Of a stretch of DNA of 64,000 nt, positions 36,431 through 45,469 are shown piece after piece. The DNA is taken from contig SMSO01000014.1 of the NCBI GenBank assembly GCA_004764695.1, positions 615,648 through 679,647 of the forward strand, written 5' to 3'. How positions within the stretch are numbered: position 1 is the first letter of the stretch; each line of letters starts with the position of its first letter. Under the pieces are notes generated by a model, which saw nothing but the letters and a program-made list of their open reading frames with translations, was not told the origin of the DNA and made no database searches. Made by a program: the position numbers and the translations under genes. Source of the DNA: Schizochytrium sp. TIO01. Its lineage: Eukaryota > Protista > Bigyra: Labyrinthulomycetes.

Positions 36431-37138
36431 TCGGTCTGCGGTCGCGCTGCGCAGTCGCAGCTCCGCCGCCGGCGTGCATAAGTTGCTCGGCGATAGACCA
36501 GCGCGCCCCACACGGGCGGCGCAGGAGCCTGGCGCACGGACGGCCAGCTCACGAGCAGGCGCAGCTGGATTAGCTCCGGTCGCCGGCAAGCGAGTTAGTT
36601 AGCGAGTTAGCGAGCTGCTAGCGGACTACTAAGCAGGAAAGAGGGGAAATATATATATACATACATACAAACATACATAATACACATTGAGTCATCGAGA
36701 TATATATATAACACGGACATCCACATTCTTTGATTGATCGCTTCACTTGCAAGGCTACACAGACTCAGGACAGAAACCAAAGACGAAGAGGACATAGAGG
36801 AACCAGAGAGGGCTCACAGAGCGAGTCTGCTTCTGGAGGGAACAAGGTCCTGCGTTTTAGCATAACTCGCCAAGAATATACACATATCTCCAGTTGCATC
36901 GTGCACTCCAAGAGTTTCGCGCCTCCTCTTGGGCTTTTGCTTATTTGACATCTTGCTTACCTGACTGACTGGCTTACTGATTGACCGGCTGACTGATTCA
37001 CATCTTTGTGTCCTCCAAGAACAGCTCGCGCAAAAATCACTGGGGGACATTTTTTCCTCGACATATTGAAAAAGGATTAGAGGCTGGATACCTGGAAACC
37101 AAAACTAGTTTTGGTGACTCCTTCGCTGGCAAATCAAC

Positions 37139-40100
37139 ATGAGTCATCCGGGAGGGTATCCACAAGGCGGGCCACCGCCTCCGCCAGGCCAAGGTCAACA
37201 TCCTCAACACGGCCAACATCCTCAACACCCGCAGCACCCGCAGCACCCGCAACATGGGCAGCACCCGCAACATCAGCGGCCCTCCGGCCAGAGCATGTAC
37301 GGAGCACCTCCATACCAGCAGCAGCAACACCGTCCCTATCCAGGGCAAGGTCAAGGCTACAGCGGTCAGCCGCAGCATATGTCTGCACCGCCGCCACCAC
37401 CTACACATCAGCAAATGTCGCATATGTCACACGGGCACCCTCAAGGAGGGTACGGCCCACATGGAGGCCACCATCCTCAGCAAGGGCCCTCGTCACAACA
37501 ACAGCACGCACAGTCACAATCACAATCACAACAAGATGGACCAGGGCAGGTCGCGTGGCAGGATCCTCAGAGGGACTACGACATGCGACGTCAGATGATT
37601 GCACAAATCGTACGCCTTTTGCAGCAGCGCAAACCTGACGCTCCTCGTGAGTGGCTGCAGAAGCTACCGGATATGGCTCGGCGACTCGAAGATAAGCTTT
37701 ATCGAAATGCAGTCTCGGAAAAGGAATACAAAGATCCAGCAACCTTGAAGCAGCGTTTGCAGCGCATTGCCATGCGGATGGCAGAACATCGACCTTTTCC
37801 CGGCTCTAATGGCCCACCCGACGCAAGGCCTGGTAATGATTATCCAATTAATCCGCCGGTTAAGCCTGAAAATGATTATCCTGGCAATCCTTCGTCAGCT
37901 CGTGAAAGTACCACGGTACCGAGTGGGCACGGTGGCGCGGGAGCATACAATCGCGCCCCCGGACCTGGAGGACCATCGTCTCATCACGCTGCGGTGCTGC
38001 GTCAACAGCAGCAACGCTTATTGTTGCTTCGCCATGCATCCAAGTGTGCGGTCGAAGAACCTGATATTTGCCCTCATACACAGCACTGTAAGCAGATGAA
38101 AGCTTTATGGAAACATATTGCAAAGTGTAAGGATAAGCAGTGTCAGTTCCCCCATTGTGTCTCTTCGCGCTACGTTTTGTCACACTACCATCGATGCAAG
38201 AACCCCAAGTGTGAGGTTTGCCGTCCCGTGAAGGACGCTATTCAGAAACAACAAGAGAGCAGCGGAATGCCCAATCGCGGGAATCCTCGCCCCCCTCATC
38301 CACCTACAGGTGTGTTACAGTCCGGCGGCAGTATGCCACCACACTCTGCACATCCGGGACATCGACCTGGTGTGAGTGGCTCCTCAATGTACAAATCGTC
38401 ATCGCCACCCCCTCCTCCTTCTGGATCGAGTGCGGATGCCTCCCAAAGGGCCCTCATTGAGAAACTTGAGCGAGAGCGCAAGGCTGCGGAGGATGCCGCT
38501 CGTAGGCAAACTCTGAAGGTACAACAGCTTGAAAAACAAATGCAGGATTTGCAAAGACAAGCGTCTGCCGGGTCTACAGACGATTCTAATGTAGCAAACC
38601 TGAATAACAGTGGTAGCGGCCCATTGGCTATTCCTAAACGAGTCCCTTCTCAACCAAAGGACAAACGCCCTCTTTCACGACAAAGCAGTAACACTTCTGC
38701 ATCAGCTCATTCTGCGTCTGGTATGCCGAACAACAATGGCTCTTCATACCCTCCAAAACCTGGGCATCACGGTGGCCCTCCATCTGCATCGTCCAGTCCT
38801 ACTCCGCACATGCCTCAGCATCCATCATACCCTCGCCCCCCTCAAGGCCCTCATCAACAACCTCAGCACCAGCAACATCCTCGTGCGCATCCTACTCCTC
38901 AACAGCAACATCCTCAACAGCACCAGCCACGCCCGCAATATCAACAACATTCACAGCAACCTACCCATCCACAGCAGCAACGTCCGCAATATCAATCACA
39001 TCCTGCTCCACAACATCCTCAACAGCAGCAGCAGCAACAACAACAACAACAACGTCCACAATATCAACAACAGCAACGCCCTCAACAGCAACAACATGGT
39101 CCACGTGGCCCCATGCCTGCTCCCCATGCGCCTCAACATCCGCAACAGCAGCAACAGCAGCAAACCCAAATGCGTCCACCCCAGATGGGACCCGGGGCTG
39201 GACCAATGCAACATTACCAACCTCCAATGCATGGGGCCAGGCCCCCACATCTTAATCGTGAGATGCCTCGCCCGGCTCCCCGTCCTGACGGCCAACCAAA
39301 TTACCAAAATGCATACCCTCAAAGCGCTGTCTACAACAAAGAAGCTGCCCATCCAAGCAATCACACGGCACCGTCCTCGAGCGTTATACGCCAGCAGAAA
39401 ATGCCCCCTCACCCCCAGCAGCAACCTCAGCACCCACCTCGCCCTCAGAATAATACTGCATTTAGTGGTGTTGTTTCTCTCATCAATACGTTGCACCAAG
39501 ATGATATTAAGAACCACATTTCTTCGTTAGTCCGCTTTAGTGCGCAGATAAAACCGGCTGAGTTGCGCACCAAACTGACTCCGCTACTGCGGAAACAGAT
39601 GGACTTGCAGTTTGCCTACATCTTCCTCAAACCAGTGGATCCCATCGCAATGGAAATTCCTGACTACTTTGATGTAGTCAAGAACCCTATGGATTTGACT
39701 ACAATCAAGCGTCGCCTCGACTCCAGCTGGTACAAGACCATGAAGTCCTTTGCCAGCGACGTTCTTTTGGTATATGATAATGCAATCCTTTATAACCCTG
39801 TAACACCAGATGGATACGGCGTGAATGAGACGGCGCGAGAATATGCCCAAATTTTCATTGACGACTACAACAAGTTACTGCTCAAATTAAAGGATGAGGA
39901 GTCGAAGAAGCGAAGTAATGCCGAAGCTTGTAGGCTCTGCGGTGGGCGACAGTTCCTTTTTGAGCCCCCAGTGTACTATTGCCATTCATGCAACCAAAAG
40001 ATCCGTCGTGGGGCTCACTATTATCCATCTCCTGATGGGAAGATGTATTGGTGTGTTACATGTTATGGCAGTCTCCGCACTCCAATTGAGTTGGAGGATG

Positions 40101-43100
40101 GTACTACTGTGGAAAAGTCTTCTTTGGAGAAAAAGAAGAACTCCGATGAGTCTGAAGAATCATGGGTTCAGTGTAACCAGTGCAACCGGTGGTATCACCA
40201 GATTTGTGCCATGTTCAATGGGCGCAATGAAGAAGCAAAACAGAGTCAATACTTCTGCCCAATGTGTATTCTTCGGCACCTTGACAAGGCTCGTCTGGAC
40301 CGTATCCCTGACCACATTGCAACAGCAAAAGGCAAAGGTTTCCGCGCAAAGGACTTGCCACGTACTAAGTTTAGCGACTTCATCGAGGAGCGTTTAGTGG
40401 GGCGAATTCTGGACGAGCGCAAACGCGAAGCAAAGAAGCAGAATCTTCTGCTCGGGGACATCCCTGTCCCTGGTGAATTAACTATTCGTGTAGTATTGAA
40501 CAAGGAAACTGAAGTGCTTCCCCGCCAGAACCTCGAACGCTTATACAAAGATCCTCCTTACAACTACCCACGCTCCTTTCCGCACCGCGTAAAGTGTGTC
40601 CTTCTCTTTCAGAATATTGATGGTGTTGATGTGCTCATCTTTGCACTCTACACGCAGACATATGGGTCGGATTGCCCTGAGCCTAATGCCCGTACATTGT
40701 ACATTGCGTATCTCGACTCTGTGTTTTACCTTGAACCTCGGTTCTTGCGTACACCGATTTACCATGAGCTTCTTCTCGCTACTTTCGAATATGAAAAGCG
40801 CCGTGGTATCACGAAGTCCTTTATTTGGGCTTGTCCACCCATGGCTGGTGATGACTACATCCTGTACTGTCACCCTCGTGAACAGAGGACTCAAAAGGTT
40901 GATATGCTTCGATCTTGGTACTGGATTCTCCTCGAGCAAGCACGTAAAGAACACATTGTCTGCTCTGTTGACAATCTCTTCGATGCTTACTTTCGCCGTG
41001 TTTGCAGTCCTTGTGGTGTCCCTAATTTTGAAGGTGACTACTGGCCAGGTGTAACAGAACAGTATATCACAGATCTCGAAAAGGAGAAGGTAGATCCCAA
41101 GGGTGTAGCTCCGCGTACGAAACGAGCCAACGCCCGCAATAAGAATGCGAGCAAGAAGAAGAATGCAAGCAAGAACAGTAAGAAGAACGCAGCTAAAAAG
41201 TCGAAGAAGGGTCGCACTGCTGCTGCCAAGAAGTCAAAAGCGAAGTCCAAGAGTAAGATGCGTACTCGTCCTAATGATCGTAAGGGTTCTCAAATTAAGG
41301 AGGAAGCAATTGAGGAAGAGGAAGAGGAAGAAGACGACCCTCTATGGCCTCCTCCCCAGCCTGCAAAGTGGGTTGAGATCCCACAGCAGGATGCTCTTAC
41401 AGCAAAGATTGGAGAATATCTGAAGAGTACCAAAGAAGACTTCTTTGTTGTTTACTTTCACCATATTTGTGCAAATTGTGCGGTTCGCATTGACCAGCCA
41501 GATCAGCTATTCTGGTTGCCACGTCGATACAAGGAAGGTATGGGAAGTTTGGATGTTCAGAAGAAGCGTTATGCTCCGCCGTATTGCCTGTGCGACTCAT
41601 GTTACCGAGAGGCCTACAAAAGCGAACACAATCGGGAGCCCGATGCAAAACCCCCATTGACACTTAAAGAACTCGAAGAGCGCAAGGACATTAAGACCGA
41701 ACAAGATGCATCTTCCTCTCCTGCAAATGGTGGCGACAATTCTGGAAACAAACGCAAGATTGTAGATGGTAGCCATTCAAGTGGACCTAAGGAGACCAAG
41801 GTCAAGGATGAACCCGCTCTCAAAAAGTCCAAACCTGACGGCTATTCTGCGAATTATACTTCGACATCTTCCTCCGTAGAGAACAAGACTGCGGCAAATG
41901 GTATGGCGGGTGCTACATCCAATTCAGCAGCCCAAGGTAAACCTCCTGCTGAAAGTACTGCTTCGGGTGGTTTATCTGGTTCTGGAAGTTCTCAATCCGG
42001 GAAGAAGGGTGACGAGACCATGGCCGTCGATGCGAAAGCTGGGGATGCTCATAAGACATCTGACGGAGGTTCTCAGGTTCCTTCTTCCGCCGCGGTCGGT
42101 TCGAATCCTGGGTCTAGTGCAGCAAATGGTTCTTCGCCAGTCGGGCAAAATGCGGCTGGGGCTGCCAGTAATAGTGCTGCTGGCTCAAACGAGTCCAAGG
42201 AAGAAGAGTCAAAGTCCACTGATAAGTCTAAGAACTCAGAGCCATCTGAAGAAGCTGTTCATGCAAGCGGGAATAAGGTGTCTGCAGATGCAACCTCTAA
42301 GGCTGGAGGACTCGAGGAAGAGAGTAAGGTTGGAGGAGCTGAAGAAAACCCTTCAAACAGAAGTGAAGTGGGCAAGCCTGCGGGCTCTACCGATGAATCA
42401 AGCAAAAAGTCCGATGCTAAATCTTCTGGAGCGAAGGCAGAAACTGTGGGCGTCGCAACACGCCGTAGCAGACGTCAGCAGCTTCGCAAGAGCAATGCTG
42501 CCAATCTCGAGGCCGATGATGGTGAAACAAAAATGAAGGAAGAAAGAATCTCTGAGGGTTCACTGGAGGGTGGTGATTCACAAAATAATAGTAATGATGA
42601 TGCTGAGAAAAGGAGATCAAACGGCAATGGCGAAAACGACGGGTCCAAGAATAGTGCTGGTGAAAATGGTGATGGCGATGCAGACGCTAAGATTAACAAC
42701 AATGAGGGTTCATCCAATATGTCTGAAGGAGAATCAAAACTCGATGGTGATAACAACGAAGAAGGTGATAATAAGGTTGTAATCAAAGCCGAGCCAAACG
42801 ATTCATTAGATACTGATTCATTATTAAAGGATGAAGAGGATAAAGCGACTCATATTCTCGAGGATGAGGACCGTATTTTGCCTCCGAACACAGAAGCAAA
42901 ACCACAGAATCCGTGGGTTATTCGCCCTTGCACTCTGGATGAGATGGAGTTGAAACGTGCCTATATTCAATACGAAACAAAGGATCCAGATCCGCTGATG
43001 GATAATCAGTTCTTTGACACTCGTCAGCAGTTCCTTTCTCTTTGCCAAGGTAACCATTACCAGTTTGATCAGCTGCGTCGGGCTAAGCACAGCAGTATGA

Positions 43101-43861
43101 TGGTGTTATATCATCTGCACAACCCTGACGAGCCTGGTTTTGTTACTACTTGTAACACTTGCTCGCAAGAAATTAAGGATGATTCCTGGTATAAGTGTAC
43201 TGTCTGCGAGGACTTTGACTCATGCAATAATTGCCATAAAACTAGACCGCACCCGCACCCGATGAAAATTACCGAGCAGAAGCGCTCTACAGCAGACCGC
43301 AAGAAGAACAGCAGCCGTGCTCAGAACGTCAAATTACATATGGAGCTTCTGGCCCATGCAGCGGGTTGTACTAATGATCCTTGCGAGCAGTACAGCAACT
43401 GCGCGAAGATGAAGGCATTGTTGAACCATGGCAAGACATGTAAGGTTCGCTTGCAAGGCAAGTGTCTTGTATGTCGTCGAATCTGGGTTCTTTTACAGAT
43501 TCATGCTCGGAAATGTCGTATCCCGATGGGTCGTTGCCCTGTGCCTCGCTGTGCAGATATTCGCACTCAGATCCGTCGCGCGCAGGCTGCCATGTCAGAT
43601 CGCCGTATCCAGGCTCAGTCACACCGTATGGCTAACGAACGTGAGGGTGCCCCTGGAATGCCAAACGGAGTTCCAGGCTATCCTGCTCAGGGCCCTCCTC
43701 AGCCCGGGTATGGCGCCCCAGGAATGCATCCCTCGGCATACAACACTGGCCCGGTGCAGCCACAACAGCCCCCGCAGCCTCAGATGCCTCCGCAGCAGCG
43801 TCGACCTGGAATGGGCAAACCCTCATCTCGTCAAGGAAAGGGTGACGTTCAGCGTCGCTAG
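37139..43861 (+). CDS. CBP: CBP/p300-type (KAT3/HAC) histone acetyltransferase, copy B, intact 2240 aa
   Basis: Single ORF with KIX-like (LPDMARRLEDKLYR), TAZ1 (QQQRLLLLRHASKC), bromodomain (NAILYN), PHD, HAT (YLDSV, WACPP, WY), FFDTRQQFLSLCQGNHYQFDQLRRAKHSSMMVLYHLHNP, ZZ and TAZ2. Confidence 0.97.
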   Translation: MSHPGGYPQGGPPPPPGQGQHPQHGQHPQHPQHPQHPQHGQHPQHQRPSGQSMYGAPPYQQQQHRPYPGQGQGYSGQPQHMSAPPPPPTHQQMSHMSHGHPQGGYGPHGGHHPQQGPSSQQQHAQSQSQSQQDGPGQVAWQDPQRDYDMRRQMIAQIVRLLQQRKPDAPREWLQKLPDMARRLEDKLYRNAVSEKEYKDPATLKQRLQRIAMRMAEHRPFPGSNGPPDARPGNDYPINPPVKPENDYPGNPSSARESTTVPSGHGGAGAYNRAPGPGGPSSHHAAVLRQQQQRLLLLRHASKCAVEEPDICPHTQHCKQMKALWKHIAKCKDKQCQFPHCVSSRYVLSHYHRCKNPKCEVCRPVKDAIQKQQESSGMPNRGNPRPPHPPTGVLQSGGSMPPHSAHPGHRPGVSGSSMYKSSSPPPPPSGSSADASQRALIEKLERERKAAEDAARRQTLKVQQLEKQMQDLQRQASAGSTDDSNVANLNNSGSGPLAIPKRVPSQPKDKRPLSRQSSNTSASAHSASGMPNNNGSSYPPKPGHHGGPPSASSSPTPHMPQHPSYPRPPQGPHQQPQHQQHPRAHPTPQQQHPQQHQPRPQYQQHSQQPTHPQQQRPQYQSHPAPQHPQQQQQQQQQQQRPQYQQQQRPQQQQHGPRGPMPAPHAPQHPQQQQQQQTQMRPPQMGPGAGPMQHYQPPMHGARPPHLNREMPRPAPRPDGQPNYQNAYPQSAVYNKEAAHPSNHTAPSSSVIRQQKMPPHPQQQPQHPPRPQNNTAFSGVVSLINTLHQDDIKNHISSLVRFSAQIKPAELRTKLTPLLRKQMDLQFAYIFLKPVDPIAMEIPDYFDVVKNPMDLTTIKRRLDSSWYKTMKSFASDVLLVYDNAILYNPVTPDGYGVNETAREYAQIFIDDYNKLLLKLKDEESKKRSNAEACRLCGGRQFLFEPPVYYCHSCNQKIRRGAHYYPSPDGKMYWCVTCYGSLRTPIELEDGTTVEKSSLEKKKNSDESEESWVQCNQCNRWYHQICAMFNGRNEEAKQSQYFCPMCILRHLDKARLDRIPDHIATAKGKGFRAKDLPRTKFSDFIEERLVGRILDERKREAKKQNLLLGDIPVPGELTIRVVLNKETEVLPRQNLERLYKDPPYNYPRSFPHRVKCVLLFQNIDGVDVLIFALYTQTYGSDCPEPNARTLYIAYLDSVFYLEPRFLRTPIYHELLLATFEYEKRRGITKSFIWACPPMAGDDYILYCHPREQRTQKVDMLRSWYWILLEQARKEHIVCSVDNLFDAYFRRVCSPCGVPNFEGDYWPGVTEQYITDLEKEKVDPKGVAPRTKRANARNKNASKKKNASKNSKKNAAKKSKKGRTAAAKKSKAKSKSKMRTRPNDRKGSQIKEEAIEEEEEEEDDPLWPPPQPAKWVEIPQQDALTAKIGEYLKSTKEDFFVVYFHHICANCAVRIDQPDQLFWLPRRYKEGMGSLDVQKKRYAPPYCLCDSCYREAYKSEHNREPDAKPPLTLKELEERKDIKTEQDASSSPANGGDNSGNKRKIVDGSHSSGPKETKVKDEPALKKSKPDGYSANYTSTSSSVENKTAANGMAGATSNSAAQGKPPAESTASGGLSGSGSSQSGKKGDETMAVDAKAGDAHKTSDGGSQVPSSAAVGSNPGSSAANGSSPVGQNAAGAASNSAAGSNESKEEESKSTDKSKNSEPSEEAVHASGNKVSADATSKAGGLEEESKVGGAEENPSNRSEVGKPAGSTDESSKKSDAKSSGAKAETVGVATRRSRRQQLRKSNAANLEADDGETKMKEERISEGSLEGGDSQNNSNDDAEKRRSNGNGENDGSKNSAGENGDGDADAKINNNEGSSNMSEGESKLDGDNNEEGDNKVVIKAEPNDSLDTDSLLKDEEDKATHILEDEDRILPPNTEAKPQNPWVIRPCTLDEMELKRAYIQYETKDPDPLMDNQFFDTRQQFLSLCQGNHYQFDQLRRAKHSSMMVLYHLHNPDEPGFVTTCNTCSQEIKDDSWYKCTVCEDFDSCNNCHKTRPHPHPMKITEQKRSTADRKKNSSRAQNVKLHMELLAHAAGCTNDPCEQYSNCAKMKALLNHGKTCKVRLQGKCLVCRRIWVLLQIHARKCRIPMGRCPVPRCADIRTQIRRAQAAMSDRRIQAQSHRMANEREGAPGMPNGVPGYPAQGPPQPGYGAPGMHPSAYNTGPVQPQQPPQPQMPPQQRRPGMGKPSSRQGKGDVQRR

Positions 43862-44671
43862 ATGAAAAATCATTGTGAATGTTCTCTCTTGAGGTTCTTT
43901 GATATGGTGTAGTGTGGTGCCCTTCGGTCACCCTTTCACTATGCCAACAAACAAAATTTAATGCCTTGCGTGGTACATACATATTGTGGTACCTCTGATT
44001 TTTACAGAAAGTTGAAGATAATTGTGGAGTGATGTACGATGTAATGACATATCATTGTGAACGGTCCACAAGGCCTTGAATTGAGTGTTGATTACAGTCA
44101 CGCCTGCCGTCTCGCTCAATTTTTTGCCCCTCTTTCGTCCCGGACCGTACAACGAATATCAAACGATGTGTTTGAAATCTTCGAAAGATAATTGGACAAC
44201 TTATAAAAAATCTAAAAAAATAAGAGTACATAATAACTACCTACTGAATAAAGACATGGACAATTTCCTTTTCTTAGTTTTAAATCTTAGTCATTCTAAA
44301 CCATATCAAAATCAAGTGCAGAGTAAAGAGCAAAGAAAGTTTTGACAATCTCTACTTCCAGAATTCTCGTTGTGCCTTTTATAAGTAAATCATATTTACC
44401 TCCCAATGCTGCCCAAAGAAACGATAACTTGTTGCCCAAGGCTTGAAGAAGGTTCTATACGCAGGCTCAATAATGTCCCAGATTCAGAATAAGAATCGAC
44501 AAGTCTTAGGGTTCTTAAAGCTTTGAAAAAAAAGAAAAAAGAAAGAGAGAAAAATCGCAGCGAAGGTGCAGAGTTCATGATCTTGCGTGCGTGGTGTGTT
44601 TTGTGCAATATATATAACCCTTGAACAAAGTTGCTAGCGCGAGCCAGTGATAATTTACTCACTTAGCTAGC

Positions 44672-45469
44672 TCATGCTTGTTCATCATGCTTGTTTGTCT
44701 TGCTCGAAATGCGAGCATAATCAGCTTTGATCTGCTCACCTCGAGACAGCCTCCACTCTTCGAAAGCTTGAAGGCCCAGAGCACCTGCAGCACAGAAAAG
44801 ACCCGCCATGACAGCTCCCCCGGGAATACGCATAGGAGAACCAAATGCTTGAACAACAGCAGCGCCGGTGCCAGCGCCGATGAGGCCACACTGGAAAGGG
44901 TCGCCCTTTCCTTCCGGTCTGATCACATTGGCCACCTCCAAGACGGAGAAGTAAAGTCCACTCACGAGGAAAAAGTTTACGCCCATGCCGAGTGCATACT
45001 TCGCTGTGGGCGTGTGGTGTTTGATGCTCATGAAAACACCGCAAAGTGAACCAAAGGCAGCAAAACCTGCGCTGCGCTCCGCCACGCGAATGGCTGAATC
45101 CTGGTTAAGTTGCGAAGGCGCGTAGTAGAGTTTCTCAGCGGCCTTTGACAGCCTTGCGATGCCCTGAGCAGAATCTAGCACATCGGAATGTGAATAGATT
45201 CCAGTTTTACTGATCACCTCGTGCTCCGTGGCGGAAGTATCCTTTGGATTGGTGAAACCAGACGGAGCAGGCACAGCGGCAGAGTTTGCAGCCCCTGGCG
45301 GAAGCAATAAAAGGTCAATCGCGCGTTGTGCAGGCAGAGGAATGCTGCTGCGCTTTTCCTCGAGCCAAGATGGCCATGCGTTTTCGCTACGGGATTCAGG
45401 GGTTAATGCTGTTGGTGTCGTTATTGCGGATGCATCTTGGGCTCCTTCACGAGCATCGTCGGCGCTCAT
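44672..45469 (-). CDS. Tim17/Tim22/Tim23 family membrane protein (second, divergent member)
   Basis: Four small-residue-rich TM segments: AGFAAFGSLCGVF, GVNFFLVSGLYFSVLE, DPFQCGLIGAGTGAAV and GGAVMAGLFCAAG. The R....DP...L.GA.TG loop is typical of the family. Confidence 0.72.
   Translation of the reverse strand: MSADDAREGAQDASAITTPTALTPESRSENAWPSWLEEKRSSIPLPAQRAIDLLLLPPGAANSAAVPAPSGFTNPKDTSATEHEVISKTGIYSHSDVLDSAQGIARLSKAAEKLYYAPSQLNQDSAIRVAERSAGFAAFGSLCGVFMSIKHHTPTAKYALGMGVNFFLVSGLYFSVLEVANVIRPEGKGDPFQCGLIGAGTGAAVVQAFGSPMRIPGGAVMAGLFCAAGALGLQAFEEWRLSRGEQIKADYARISSKTNKHDEQA

Noticed and set aside
35466-36602. ORFs with poly-R/I/L/Y/F or KERK/FLSF repeats
   Set aside because: Translations of (AAAG)n, (AAT)n and (AGA)n microsatellites.
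5070-45469. Idea that the Tim17 x2 and CBP x2 pairs reflect one segmental duplication
   Set aside because: The two Tim17-family proteins are far more divergent than the CBP pair, gene order is not repeated, and no shared flanking DNA was seen.
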